Origin: an uncultured Hyphomicrobiales bacterium
GTDB lineage: Bacteria; Bacteroidota; Ignavibacteria; Kapaibacteriales; Kapaibacteriaceae
NCBI GenBank assembly: GCA_964493635.1
Contig: CAZBOW010000004.1
Coordinates: 47,635 to 98,049, forward strand
Direction: 5' to 3'
DNA length: 50,415 bases
Under the pieces are notes generated by a model. It saw only the letters and a list, made by a program, of their open reading frames with translations. It was not told the origin of the DNA and ran no database searches. The translations under genes were made by a program, and so were the position numbers. Of this stretch, positions 1 to 7,911 are shown piece by piece; position 1 is the stretch's first letter; every line of letters starts with the position of its first letter.

Positions 1-1391
1 TGTCCCTCAACCTCGCAGCTGGTGCAGGATTGCCCGCAGCGTCGACGCCAGCCAAGATGGTGGTGATGACGGTTCCATCACTGGCGCTCTATGACGGTCG
101 GGTGACGAATAATGCTTGGCTGATGGAATTGCCGGACCCCGTGACAAAGATCACGTGGGAGAACGTCGCCCTGATGAGTGCGCAAACGGCAGTTGGTCTG
201 GGTATTGCCGCAAGCCTGTCGGCGGCAGATGTCGCGGCAGCCAACGGCCGTGTGGTCACGGTGAAAACCGATGTTGGTTCGGTCGATCTTCCTGCGTGGG
301 TCCAACCTGGTATGGCCGATGATGTCGTTGCCGTAAGTCTCGGTTTCGGACGCAGTACCGGCACCGTTTCGGCCTCGATGGGTGTGAATGCGTACTCCTT
401 GACGGCAACGCCCGTTGGCTACAGCGTGGCCGACGTAAAGCCTGTGGGCACCAGCGTTCATAAAGTTGCGTGCTCTCAGGATCACCATACCCTTGGAGAC
501 GGACAGTCGGAGCACGATCAGCGTCCGGTTGCCAAGCGCGTGACGCTTGCCGACGTCGAGGCTGGTGCCTATCCCAACCTGACGGAACACTTTCCAAGTG
601 CCGGTCCGGATGGCAAGTTCCTTGAGCCCCTTTCCATCACAGCGGACTACGAATACAAGGGTCACCGCTGGGGCATGGTGATCGACATGAGCGCCTGTAC
701 TGGCTGTTCCTCGTGCGTGATTGCCTGCCAGAGTGAGAATAACATTCCGACCGTTGGAAAAGAACAGGTGATGCTGGGTAGGGAAATGCACTGGATTCGG
801 ATTGACCGGTACTACACCGGATCGATGGAGTCCCCGGACACGATCGTCGAACCCATGCTGTGTCAGCATTGCGAGAATGCCCCGTGCGAGAACGTTTGTC
901 CGGTAGCGGCCACGACGCACTCGCCGGAGGGCCTCAACGAGATGACGTACAACCGCTGTGTGGGCACACGCTACTGTTTGAACAACTGCCCGTATAAGGT
1001 GCGTCGATTCAACTTCCTGAACTATCACACAGACTATGCCTCACCGATGGATCTGGTATTCAACCCAGATGTAACGATGCGGATGCGTGGTGTGATGGAG
1101 AAGTGTACGTTCTGTGTCCAGCGTCTGCATGAGGCAAAGTGGCACGCACGTGACGAGGGTAGGGCCCGCATCAAGGATGGAGAGGCCATTACGGCCTGTC
1201 AGGAAGCCTGCCCGGCAGGAGCCATCATCTTTGGCGACACGAATGACCCTGAGAGCATGGTCTCGAAGGCCCGGTACCACGAGCGCGGATTCCGCGTTCT
1301 TTCCGAGCTGAACGTACGGCCGCAGGTGACGTATCTGGCCAAGGTGAAGAACACCACGGAAAAGACGCCGGACCCGCACGCTGCTCATTGA
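1..1391 (+). CDS. actB: Alternative complex III subunit ActB (molybdopterin-like plus FeS domain), 5'-truncated by the window edge
   Basis: Frame 3 is open from nt 3 with no stop before listed ORF 30..1391, so the gene begins upstream of the window. The C-terminal half carries DmsB/PsrB-type Cys clusters: CTGCSSCVIAC, CQHCENAPCENVCP, CVGTRYCLNNCPYKVRRFN and CTFC...CQEACP. It is followed by NrfD-like, DUF3341-like, monohaem c and second NrfD-like genes, which is the actBCDEF order. Confidence 0.85.
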   Translation, partial: SLNLAAGAGLPAASTPAKMVVMTVPSLALYDGRVTNNAWLMELPDPVTKITWENVALMSAQTAVGLGIAASLSAADVAAANGRVVTVKTDVGSVDLPAWVQPGMADDVVAVSLGFGRSTGTVSASMGVNAYSLTATPVGYSVADVKPVGTSVHKVACSQDHHTLGDGQSEHDQRPVAKRVTLADVEAGAYPNLTEHFPSAGPDGKFLEPLSITADYEYKGHRWGMVIDMSACTGCSSCVIACQSENNIPTVGKEQVMLGREMHWIRIDRYYTGSMESPDTIVEPMLCQHCENAPCENVCPVAATTHSPEGLNEMTYNRCVGTRYCLNNCPYKVRRFNFLNYHTDYASPMDLVFNPDVTMRMRGVMEKCTFCVQRLHEAKWHARDEGRARIKDGEAITACQEACPAGAIIFGDTNDPESMVSKARYHERGFRVLSELNVRPQVTYLAKVKNTTEKTPDPHAAH

Positions 1392-1430
1392 TTGATAAGA
1401 AACTCGTACTAACAACACCAGGATGTCGAC

Positions 1431-2855
1431 ATGACCGTCGCCCAGGACCAAGAACGAATGCAGGCCCATCTCTCGCACGACGAACCAGTGCGTGAGCCGC
1501 TTGTACTTGGCAATCCATCGATGCGGGATATCACCGCACGGATCGCCAGTATCGTTGAATCCAAGATCACTACGAAGTACCTCCTCACACTGGGTCTCAC
1601 CGGCACGATGGCGGCCTTGGGGTTGTTCGCCCTTTTCTATACCATCACCACCGGTATCGGGGTGTGGGGCCTAAACAATCCGATCGGTTGGGGATGGGAC
1701 ATCACCAACTTCGTCTTCTGGATCGGTATTGGTCACGCCGGCACCCTGATCTCAGCCATTCTCTTCCTGTTCCGCCAGAAGTGGCGTACAGCAATCAACC
1801 GGTCGGCTGAGGCCATGACGATTTTTGCTGTGGTGTGTGCCTTAACGATGGTACTGAGCCACACGGGTCGTCCGTGGCTCTTTTACTGGTTGCTACCGTA
1901 TCCGAACCAGATGCAGATGTGGATCAACTTCCGCTCTCCGCTGGCATGGGACGTGTTCGCCGTGAACACCTACTTTGCTGTGTCGGCGATGTTCTGGTTT
2001 GTTGGTCTGATTCCGGACCTTGCCACGGTTCGGAACTACGTCAAAGGCCCTGTAGCGAAGAAGGTGTACTCGTTCCTCTCGCTCGGTTGGACGGGCTCGA
2101 CGCGTCACTGGCATCACTACGAGATTGCCTATATGATTCTGGCAGGCATCTCTACGCCACTGGTACTCTCGGTTCACTCGGTGGTATCCTTCGACTTTAC
2201 CGTAGGTGTGCTGCCTGGATGGCATACCACCATCTTCCCGCCGTACTTCGTTGCTGGTGCCATTTTCTCTGGCTTCGCCATGGTAATGACGCTACTGGTG
2301 ATTGCTCGCGAGATTCTCGATCTGAAGCAGTTTATTACGCTGAAGCACTTTGAGAACATGAATAAGATCATCCTGGCAACAGGCATGATGGTAGGCTATG
2401 CCTATGCAATGGAGATGTTCATTGCATGGTATTCCGGTAGCCAGTGGGAGCGTTGGATCTTCATTAACCGGGCCATGGGCGATTATGCCTGGGCGTACTG
2501 GACCATGGTGGCCTGCAACGTGGTTTCGCCACAGGTGTACTGGTTCAAGAAAGCGCGTCGCAGTATTCCGCTGATGTTCATCATCTCGATCTTCGTCAAC
2601 ATCGGAATGTGGTTTGAGCGGTTTACCATTATCGCCACGACGCTGCACCACGACTTCCTGCCGGCATCATGGGGCTACTACACGCCAACATGGGTTGAGA
2701 TCTCCATCTTTGTTGGAACGTTCGGCATCTTCCTAACCCTGTTCCTGCTCTTTGCCAAGTTCGTTCCGGTGATTGCCATTGCTGAGGTGAAATCGATCAT
2801 GCCGTCGGCACAGCCATCACATCATCACGGCGATGACCACGGTCATCATCACTAA
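1431..2855 (+). CDS. actC: Alternative complex III subunit ActC (NrfD/PsrC-type polytopic quinol-interacting membrane subunit)
   Basis: 474 aa with many hydrophobic helices. It lies directly after the FeS subunit, as in the ACIII and Psr/Nrf families. It ends in the His-rich tail HHHGDDHGHHH. Confidence 0.85.
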   Translation: MTVAQDQERMQAHLSHDEPVREPLVLGNPSMRDITARIASIVESKITTKYLLTLGLTGTMAALGLFALFYTITTGIGVWGLNNPIGWGWDITNFVFWIGIGHAGTLISAILFLFRQKWRTAINRSAEAMTIFAVVCALTMVLSHTGRPWLFYWLLPYPNQMQMWINFRSPLAWDVFAVNTYFAVSAMFWFVGLIPDLATVRNYVKGPVAKKVYSFLSLGWTGSTRHWHHYEIAYMILAGISTPLVLSVHSVVSFDFTVGVLPGWHTTIFPPYFVAGAIFSGFAMVMTLLVIAREILDLKQFITLKHFENMNKIILATGMMVGYAYAMEMFIAWYSGSQWERWIFINRAMGDYAWAYWTMVACNVVSPQVYWFKKARRSIPLMFIISIFVNIGMWFERFTIIATTLHHDFLPASWGYYTPTWVEISIFVGTFGIFLTLFLLFAKFVPVIAIAEVKSIMPSAQPSHHHGDDHGHHH

Positions 2856-2888
2856 TCTGTCGCTGGATTTCAATCAAGGACTATCACG

Positions 2889-3434
2889 ATGAGTACTGCA
2901 CCAGTTGGCGCCATTGGAGAGTACACGGACGTCAATCAGATCATGTCCGTTGCGGAGCAAATCCGTGATGCCGGATATCGGCACTGGGATATTCACACGC
3001 CGTACCCAGTTCACGGCTTGGACAAGGCGATGGGAATCAAACGCACGTTTCTTACCTACATCTCGTTTGCAGGGATGGTAGGGGGCTTGTCCACGGCGCT
3101 TGGGTTGCAGTTCTGGACGGGAGCAGTGGATTACGTCCTCAACATCGGGGGTAAGGGCTTCTTCGACTGGCAGTTCTCGGTGCCGGTAGATTTCGAGTTG
3201 AGTATCCTCGGAACAGCCATTGCAACGGTCGTGGGACTGTTCGGTTTGTGCCGGATTCCAACGTGGTACAACCGCTATCAGGACGATGCTAGTTTTCAAA
3301 AGGCCACAAACGACACCTTCGTTGTGACCATCAATGCCGAGGACGATCGGTTCTCGGCCGAGGGAACGCAGGACTTCCTGCGTCGACTGGGCGCCAGTAA
3401 CGTGCACCTCGTCAATCCCGTGAACAACGCTTGA
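2889..3434 (+). CDS. actD: Alternative complex III subunit ActD (DUF3341-type membrane protein)
   Basis: 181 aa. A soluble N-terminal segment (GEYTDVNQIMSVAEQIRDAGYRHWDIHTPYPVHGL) is followed by two hydrophobic helices. It occupies the third position in the act operon. Confidence 0.75.
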   Translation: MSTAPVGAIGEYTDVNQIMSVAEQIRDAGYRHWDIHTPYPVHGLDKAMGIKRTFLTYISFAGMVGGLSTALGLQFWTGAVDYVLNIGGKGFFDWQFSVPVDFELSILGTAIATVVGLFGLCRIPTWYNRYQDDASFQKATNDTFVVTINAEDDRFSAEGTQDFLRRLGASNVHLVNPVNNA

Positions 3435-3455
3435 TCACTCATCTACCGTACTTGC

Positions 3456-4085
3456 ATGAATGCTCCTCGTAAAATCTCGTTTCTGGTCCTGATCCCCATC
3501 GGGGCTGTGGCCGTTTTCATGATTGTGATCCTGTCGGGCCGCATCACATGGTTCTCTGAACAGCCGCCGTTGGAGTTCAATCCAAACATGGATCATAATC
3601 GGAAAGCGATCACGCAATCCGCCAATGGGTTCTTCTCCGATGGTGCCAGTCAGCGGCCGCCGGTAGAAGGTACTGTGGGCCGCACTCAAGTGGTGTATCC
3701 GCTTGGCATGGGTGATGTGGACGAGGCCGAGGTGCAGAACGTCGATCCCATGCTTGAGCAAACGGAGTTCTTGTTGGCCCGTGGTCAGAACCGATTTAAT
3801 GTGTTCTGTTCACCATGCCACTACTATAACGGACAAAGCGAGATGTCGGCAGTATCGCAAAAGGGCTGGCCGGGCATTCCGAACTTGACGCGTCCAGAGA
3901 CGCAGGCCCTGTCCAATGCGCGCATCTTCCACATCATTAGTGCCGGCCAGAACTTGATGCCGAAGTATGCCGATAAGATTGCGCCGATCGACCGTTGGGC
4001 CATCATCTATTACCTGCGCACGCTGCAGGCTGCCGCCGGCACGGTAGCTGTAGCCGACACCACCGCACCTGCACAAGTGAACTAA
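3456..4085 (+). CDS. actE: Alternative complex III subunit ActE, membrane-anchored monohaem cytochrome c
   Basis: 209 aa with an N-terminal hydrophobic anchor (ISFLVLIPIGAVAVFMIVILSG). It has a single CxxCH haem motif (CSPCH) and a downstream Met-containing segment (NLMPKY). Confidence 0.8.
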   Translation: MNAPRKISFLVLIPIGAVAVFMIVILSGRITWFSEQPPLEFNPNMDHNRKAITQSANGFFSDGASQRPPVEGTVGRTQVVYPLGMGDVDEAEVQNVDPMLEQTEFLLARGQNRFNVFCSPCHYYNGQSEMSAVSQKGWPGIPNLTRPETQALSNARIFHIISAGQNLMPKYADKIAPIDRWAIIYYLRTLQAAAGTVAVADTTAPAQVN

Positions 4086-4110
4086 TCGAAGAAGGGTAGA
4101 GGATATTCCT

Positions 4111-5319
4111 ATGACAGATGTACGCATTGGTTCTGCGCCACTTATTGGCACCCTTCGGAAGGTTGGCATGGGGCTGCTCGTTGCCGGTCTTGCCGGTCTG
4201 GGCGCAGTGTATGCCTTGAATGGACAGGAACGTGCCGTAGCTGACTACTTGATCGGCTTCTGGTACTTCGCGGGGATCAGCTTGACCATGGTCTTCTTCG
4301 CCACGCTGCAGTATCTGGCGCGCGCCGGCTGGAGTGCATCAATCCGCCGGGTGGCGGAGAACTATACCGGCATGGTGCCCTTCATGGCTCTATTCCTGGT
4401 ACCCATTGTTCTGAACCTGCTTAGTGAGCATCACTCGATCTACGAGTGGACGCATGCCTCGGCTGCGCACGACCCGATTCTACAAACGAAGGCTGCCTAC
4501 CTGAATGTGCCGTTCTTCGTAGTGCGGTTGGGCATTTACTGCCTGTTGTGGATTGGTATGGCATGGTATATCGTTGGCAATTCGGTCAAGCAGGACGAAA
4601 CGACCGACATTGCGCCAACGCGGAAGAATTGGAAGCGCTCCGCACCGTGGATCCTCGTCTATGCACTTACGATTACGTTCGCGGCGTTCGATCTGCTGAT
4701 GTCGCTGGAGCCCCACTGGTTTTCGACCATCTGGGGTGTGTACTCCTTTGCTGGTCACTTTGTGGCAGCGCTCTCGATTATTGCCGTCACGCTGGTGGCA
4801 TTCCACAATCGGGGTCTGCTCAAAGGATACATCCGCGACGAGCACTTCCACGACCTGGGCAAGCTGATGTTTGCGTTCTCGGTGTTTTGGGCCTACATCG
4901 GTTTTTCCCAGTACTTCATCATCTGGTACGCCAACATCCCGGAAGAAACGATCTACTACACGCATCGCATGTCCGGTGGATGGGAGATCTTCGGCTATAT
5001 CTTGATTGGTCTGCGCTTCGTGCTGCCATTTGCCTTGTTGCTCCGTCAGGATGTTAAGCGCCGGAAGAACATGCTGCTCGTAGCTGCTGCCGTGATCTTG
5101 TCGGGTCATTTCATTGATCTTGTGTGGATTGTCATGCCTGCCGTGGCAAAGGTGATCAATCATGAATCGCCAACCATCATCTTCGGATGGCAGGAGTTCA
5201 CCGGTGTGATCTTCTTCGCGGGTGCCTTCCTGTTCTTTGCCTCGCAGTTGTTTTCGAAGCGCCGATCGGTTGCCATCAACGATCCGTTGCTCCAAGAGTC
5301 GTTTGAGTATCATTCCTAA
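4111..5319 (+). CDS. actF: Alternative complex III subunit ActF (second NrfD-like membrane subunit)
   Basis: 402-aa polytopic protein that looks like a paralogue of ActC. It is the last act gene, 25 nt after actE. Confidence 0.8.
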   Translation: MTDVRIGSAPLIGTLRKVGMGLLVAGLAGLGAVYALNGQERAVADYLIGFWYFAGISLTMVFFATLQYLARAGWSASIRRVAENYTGMVPFMALFLVPIVLNLLSEHHSIYEWTHASAAHDPILQTKAAYLNVPFFVVRLGIYCLLWIGMAWYIVGNSVKQDETTDIAPTRKNWKRSAPWILVYALTITFAAFDLLMSLEPHWFSTIWGVYSFAGHFVAALSIIAVTLVAFHNRGLLKGYIRDEHFHDLGKLMFAFSVFWAYIGFSQYFIIWYANIPEETIYYTHRMSGGWEIFGYILIGLRFVLPFALLLRQDVKRRKNMLLVAAAVILSGHFIDLVWIVMPAVAKVINHESPTIIFGWQEFTGVIFFAGAFLFFASQLFSKRRSVAINDPLLQESFEYHS

Positions 5320-5332
5320 GAAATTGTGACCT

Positions 5333-6739
5333 ATGAATCAGCATACGTTTGATGTTGTTGTAATTGGCTCCGGTCCCGGGGGCTATGTGGCGGCGATTCG
5401 CGCAGCGCAGCTCGGATTGTCGACAGCCTGTGTCGAGCGCGACCGCCTTGGCGGCGTGTGCCTCAACTGGGGTTGTATCCCGTCGAAGAGCCTTCTGAAG
5501 AATGCCGAATACATGAACTTCCTGAGCCACGCCGGCGACTATGGCTTTACACTCAAGGGGGTCGACGTGGACTTCCCCAAGGTGATCGAGCGTTCTCGTG
5601 GCGTTGCCGACCGCATGAGCGGTGGAGTCCAGTTTCTCTTCAAGAAGTACAAGGTTTCTCAGGTCAAGGGCTGGGGCAGCTTGAAGAATGCCACCACCGT
5701 GGAAGTCAAGGACGAAAACGGAACGGTAACCGACATCATCACGGCAAAGCAGATCATCATTGCCACCGGCGCCCGTCCGCGACAGATTCCAGGCATTGAT
5801 GTCGACCGTGAGTTCATTCTTACTTCCACCGAGGCGATGCTCCAGCAGAAGGCCCCCAAAAAGATGGTTATCATGGGCGCAGGGGCAATCGGTGTGGAGT
5901 TCGCGTACTTCTACAACGCCTTTGGCTCGGAAGTGACCATCATCGAGATGCAGGACCGACTCCTGCCGGTAGAGGATGAGGACGTCTCGAAGGAACTTCG
6001 GAAGGTCTTCGAGCGGGAGCTGAAGATGAACATCCTGACCGAAACGAAGGTGATCAGCGCCAAGAAAAAGGGCAAGGGTGTTGAAATCATCGTTGAGAAG
6101 AAGGACGGAAAGCAGGAAACCATTACCGCCGACCTCGCCTTGAATGCGATCGGCGTGCAAGGAAACATCGAAGGGATCGGTCTTGAGCAGGCTGGTGTCA
6201 AGTTGGAGCGTGGTTGGATCACGACGGACAAGTTCATGCGGACGTCGGTTCCCAACATTTATGCCATTGGCGACGTAGCCGGCGCACCATGGTTGGCCCA
6301 CAAAGCATCCGCCGAAGGGATTGTTGCCGCTGAGCACATTGCCGGCCATGCCACCGACGGCGTCGACTACAACAATATTCCGGGCTGTACCTACTGTCAG
6401 CCTCAGGTGGCCAGTGTGGGCCTCACAGAGAAGAAGGCAAAGGAAGCCGGATACGAGGTCAAGGTTGGCAAGTTTCCGTTCACCGCGAATGGTAAGGCGC
6501 ACGGCATTGGTAAGGCTCAAGGCTTTGTGAAGCTCATCTTCGACGCAAAGTATGGTGAGTTGCTAGGGGCTCACCTCATTGGTCCGGATGTGACGGAAAT
6601 GATTGGAGAGCTTGGAATGGCGCGCTCGTTGGAAGCCACCGGTCCAGCAATCTTCAAGACCGTGCATGCGCACCCAACCTTGAGTGAAGCAATCATGGAA
6701 TCGGCCGCACTTGCCTACGACGAGTGCGTCAACTTCTAA
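5333..6739 (+). CDS. lpdA: Dihydrolipoyl dehydrogenase (E3 component)
   Basis: 468 aa. It has the FAD fingerprint VVVIGSGPGGYVAAIRAAQLG, the redox-active disulfide GGVCLNWGCIPSK, the NAD fingerprint MVIMGAGAIGVEFA, and the C-terminal interface motif HAHPTLSE. Confidence 0.95.
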   Translation: MNQHTFDVVVIGSGPGGYVAAIRAAQLGLSTACVERDRLGGVCLNWGCIPSKSLLKNAEYMNFLSHAGDYGFTLKGVDVDFPKVIERSRGVADRMSGGVQFLFKKYKVSQVKGWGSLKNATTVEVKDENGTVTDIITAKQIIIATGARPRQIPGIDVDREFILTSTEAMLQQKAPKKMVIMGAGAIGVEFAYFYNAFGSEVTIIEMQDRLLPVEDEDVSKELRKVFERELKMNILTETKVISAKKKGKGVEIIVEKKDGKQETITADLALNAIGVQGNIEGIGLEQAGVKLERGWITTDKFMRTSVPNIYAIGDVAGAPWLAHKASAEGIVAAEHIAGHATDGVDYNNIPGCTYCQPQVASVGLTEKKAKEAGYEVKVGKFPFTANGKAHGIGKAQGFVKLIFDAKYGELLGAHLIGPDVTEMIGELGMARSLEATGPAIFKTVHAHPTLSEAIMESAALAYDECVNF

Positions 6740-6740
6740 G

Positions 6741-7367
6741 ATGAACGTTGTCGACTGGGGACTGATCGACTTTCAAGAAGCATGGCGTCGGCAGCGTGAA
6801 GTTGCCGACGCCATCTTGCATGATGGCGCCCCGGACACGCTTGTCCTCTGCGAGCATCCTGCGGTAATTACCCTAGGACGGGTCACCAAGCAAGGCAGCG
6901 TGATTACCCCCGCGGATCTGCTGCGGCATCGGGGCATCGATGTCGTAGAGATCAACCGAGGAGGAGAGGCCACTGTTCACAATCCCGGGCAATTGGTCGG
7001 CTATCCGATCTTCAACTTGCAGCGATCGACCCCGGACCTTCACTGGTTCCTCCGATCGATTGAAGGAGCCGTGATTGATACGCTTGCGGCGTACGACATT
7101 CACGCTGACCGCGTTGACGGCCTCACGGGCGTGTGGGTGGAGCAGCAGCGAAAAATCTGTGCCATTGGCATTCACTGCAGCCGATGGATCACCACCCATG
7201 GCTTTGCCTTGAACGTTTCGAACAACCTAGACCTCTTTCAGGAGATTATTCCCTGTGGGATCACTGACCGAGGCGTGACCAGCATGGAGAGGGAAGCAAG
7301 GTCGGTTGTGGACATCAACCAAGTCAAGACTGTGATTGAAGAATCATTTCGGTCACGTTTCCCGTAA
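6741..7367 (+). CDS. lipB: Octanoyltransferase LipB (lipoyl(octanoyl) transferase)
   Basis: The ATG at 6741 lies one nt after the lpdA stop; the listed ORF 6684 start lies inside lpdA. Motifs seen: RGGEATVHNPGQLVGYP, KICAIGIH (catalytic Lys region) and PCGI (catalytic Cys). Confidence 0.9.
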   Translation: MNVVDWGLIDFQEAWRRQREVADAILHDGAPDTLVLCEHPAVITLGRVTKQGSVITPADLLRHRGIDVVEINRGGEATVHNPGQLVGYPIFNLQRSTPDLHWFLRSIEGAVIDTLAAYDIHADRVDGLTGVWVEQQRKICAIGIHCSRWITTHGFALNVSNNLDLFQEIIPCGITDRGVTSMEREARSVVDINQVKTVIEESFRSRFP

Positions 7368-7549
7368 ATCCATATTTTCCACACAAATTGTAACATGTTG
7401 ATCTACAACATGTTGTACTTGGAGATCTAAACGAAATACTTTGCCGTTGGATCCGATGTGGAAAACTCTGTGGATATCAGGAAGCGTCGTGAAATCATAA
7501 CCTTACCGCTCTGGTACGCCATCTTCCGGCCTCATCGACAAAAACACCG

Positions 7550-7580
7550 TTGACACGTGAGCGTCTGCCTCGTATGTTTG
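7550..7580 (+). promoter_or_regulatory. Candidate promoter for the tRNA-Gly transcript
   Basis: TTGACA (7550-7555), a 17-nt spacer, then TATGTTTG (7573-7580). This fits both a sigma70-like -35/-10 pair and the Bacteroidota TAnnTTTG -7 box. It lies about 90 nt upstream of tRNA-Gly. Confidence 0.4.
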
Positions 7581-7670
7581 CACTCGATCATTTGGTACGG
7601 CGTAGATGTTCGACAAGTACGACGACGACGACGATGATATCTACGACGACATCTGTGACTAAATGACTCT

Positions 7671-7744
<74 letters not shown>

Positions 7745-7760
7745 GACGACGCAAGTCGTC
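7745..7760 (+). other. GNRA-tetraloop hairpin immediately 3' of tRNA-Gly
   Basis: GACGAC-GCAA-GTCGTC, a 6-bp stem with a GCAA loop, starting 2 nt after the tRNA discriminator. It may be a 3'-processing or stability element. Confidence 0.3.
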
Positions 7761-7778
7761 ACTTCCTCTTTATGCTGC

Positions 7779-7822
7779 ATGCCTTGCCGTCTCATTCCCC
7801 CCTGATGGCGAGGCATTTTTTT
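7779..7822 (+). terminator. Rho-independent terminator of the tRNA-Gly transcript
   Basis: ATGCCTTGCC (7779-7788) pairs with GGCGAGGCAT (7807-7816): 10 bp including one G-U. It is followed by a run of seven T (7816-7822). Confidence 0.7.
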
Positions 7823-7911
7823 ATGCAGTAACTTTCGCGAGCTGTCGGACACAATAGATCGGCACATCTGCGTCTGTGCACCTGGCAGTTTGTCCCATTC
7901 TCGATCAGTGA

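Noticed and set aside
5276-6520. 414-aa ORF antisense to lpdA
   Set aside because: Same reasoning: it mirrors a strongly supported E3 gene and has no motifs, start context or neighbouring logic.
7368-7670. Calling this spacer the chromosomal origin (oriC)
   Set aside because: There are only three box-like sites. No dnaA/dnaN or other origin-linked genes are in the window, and genes on both sides are co-oriented (no strand-bias switch). I keep it as a DnaA-box cluster finding, not an oriC feature.
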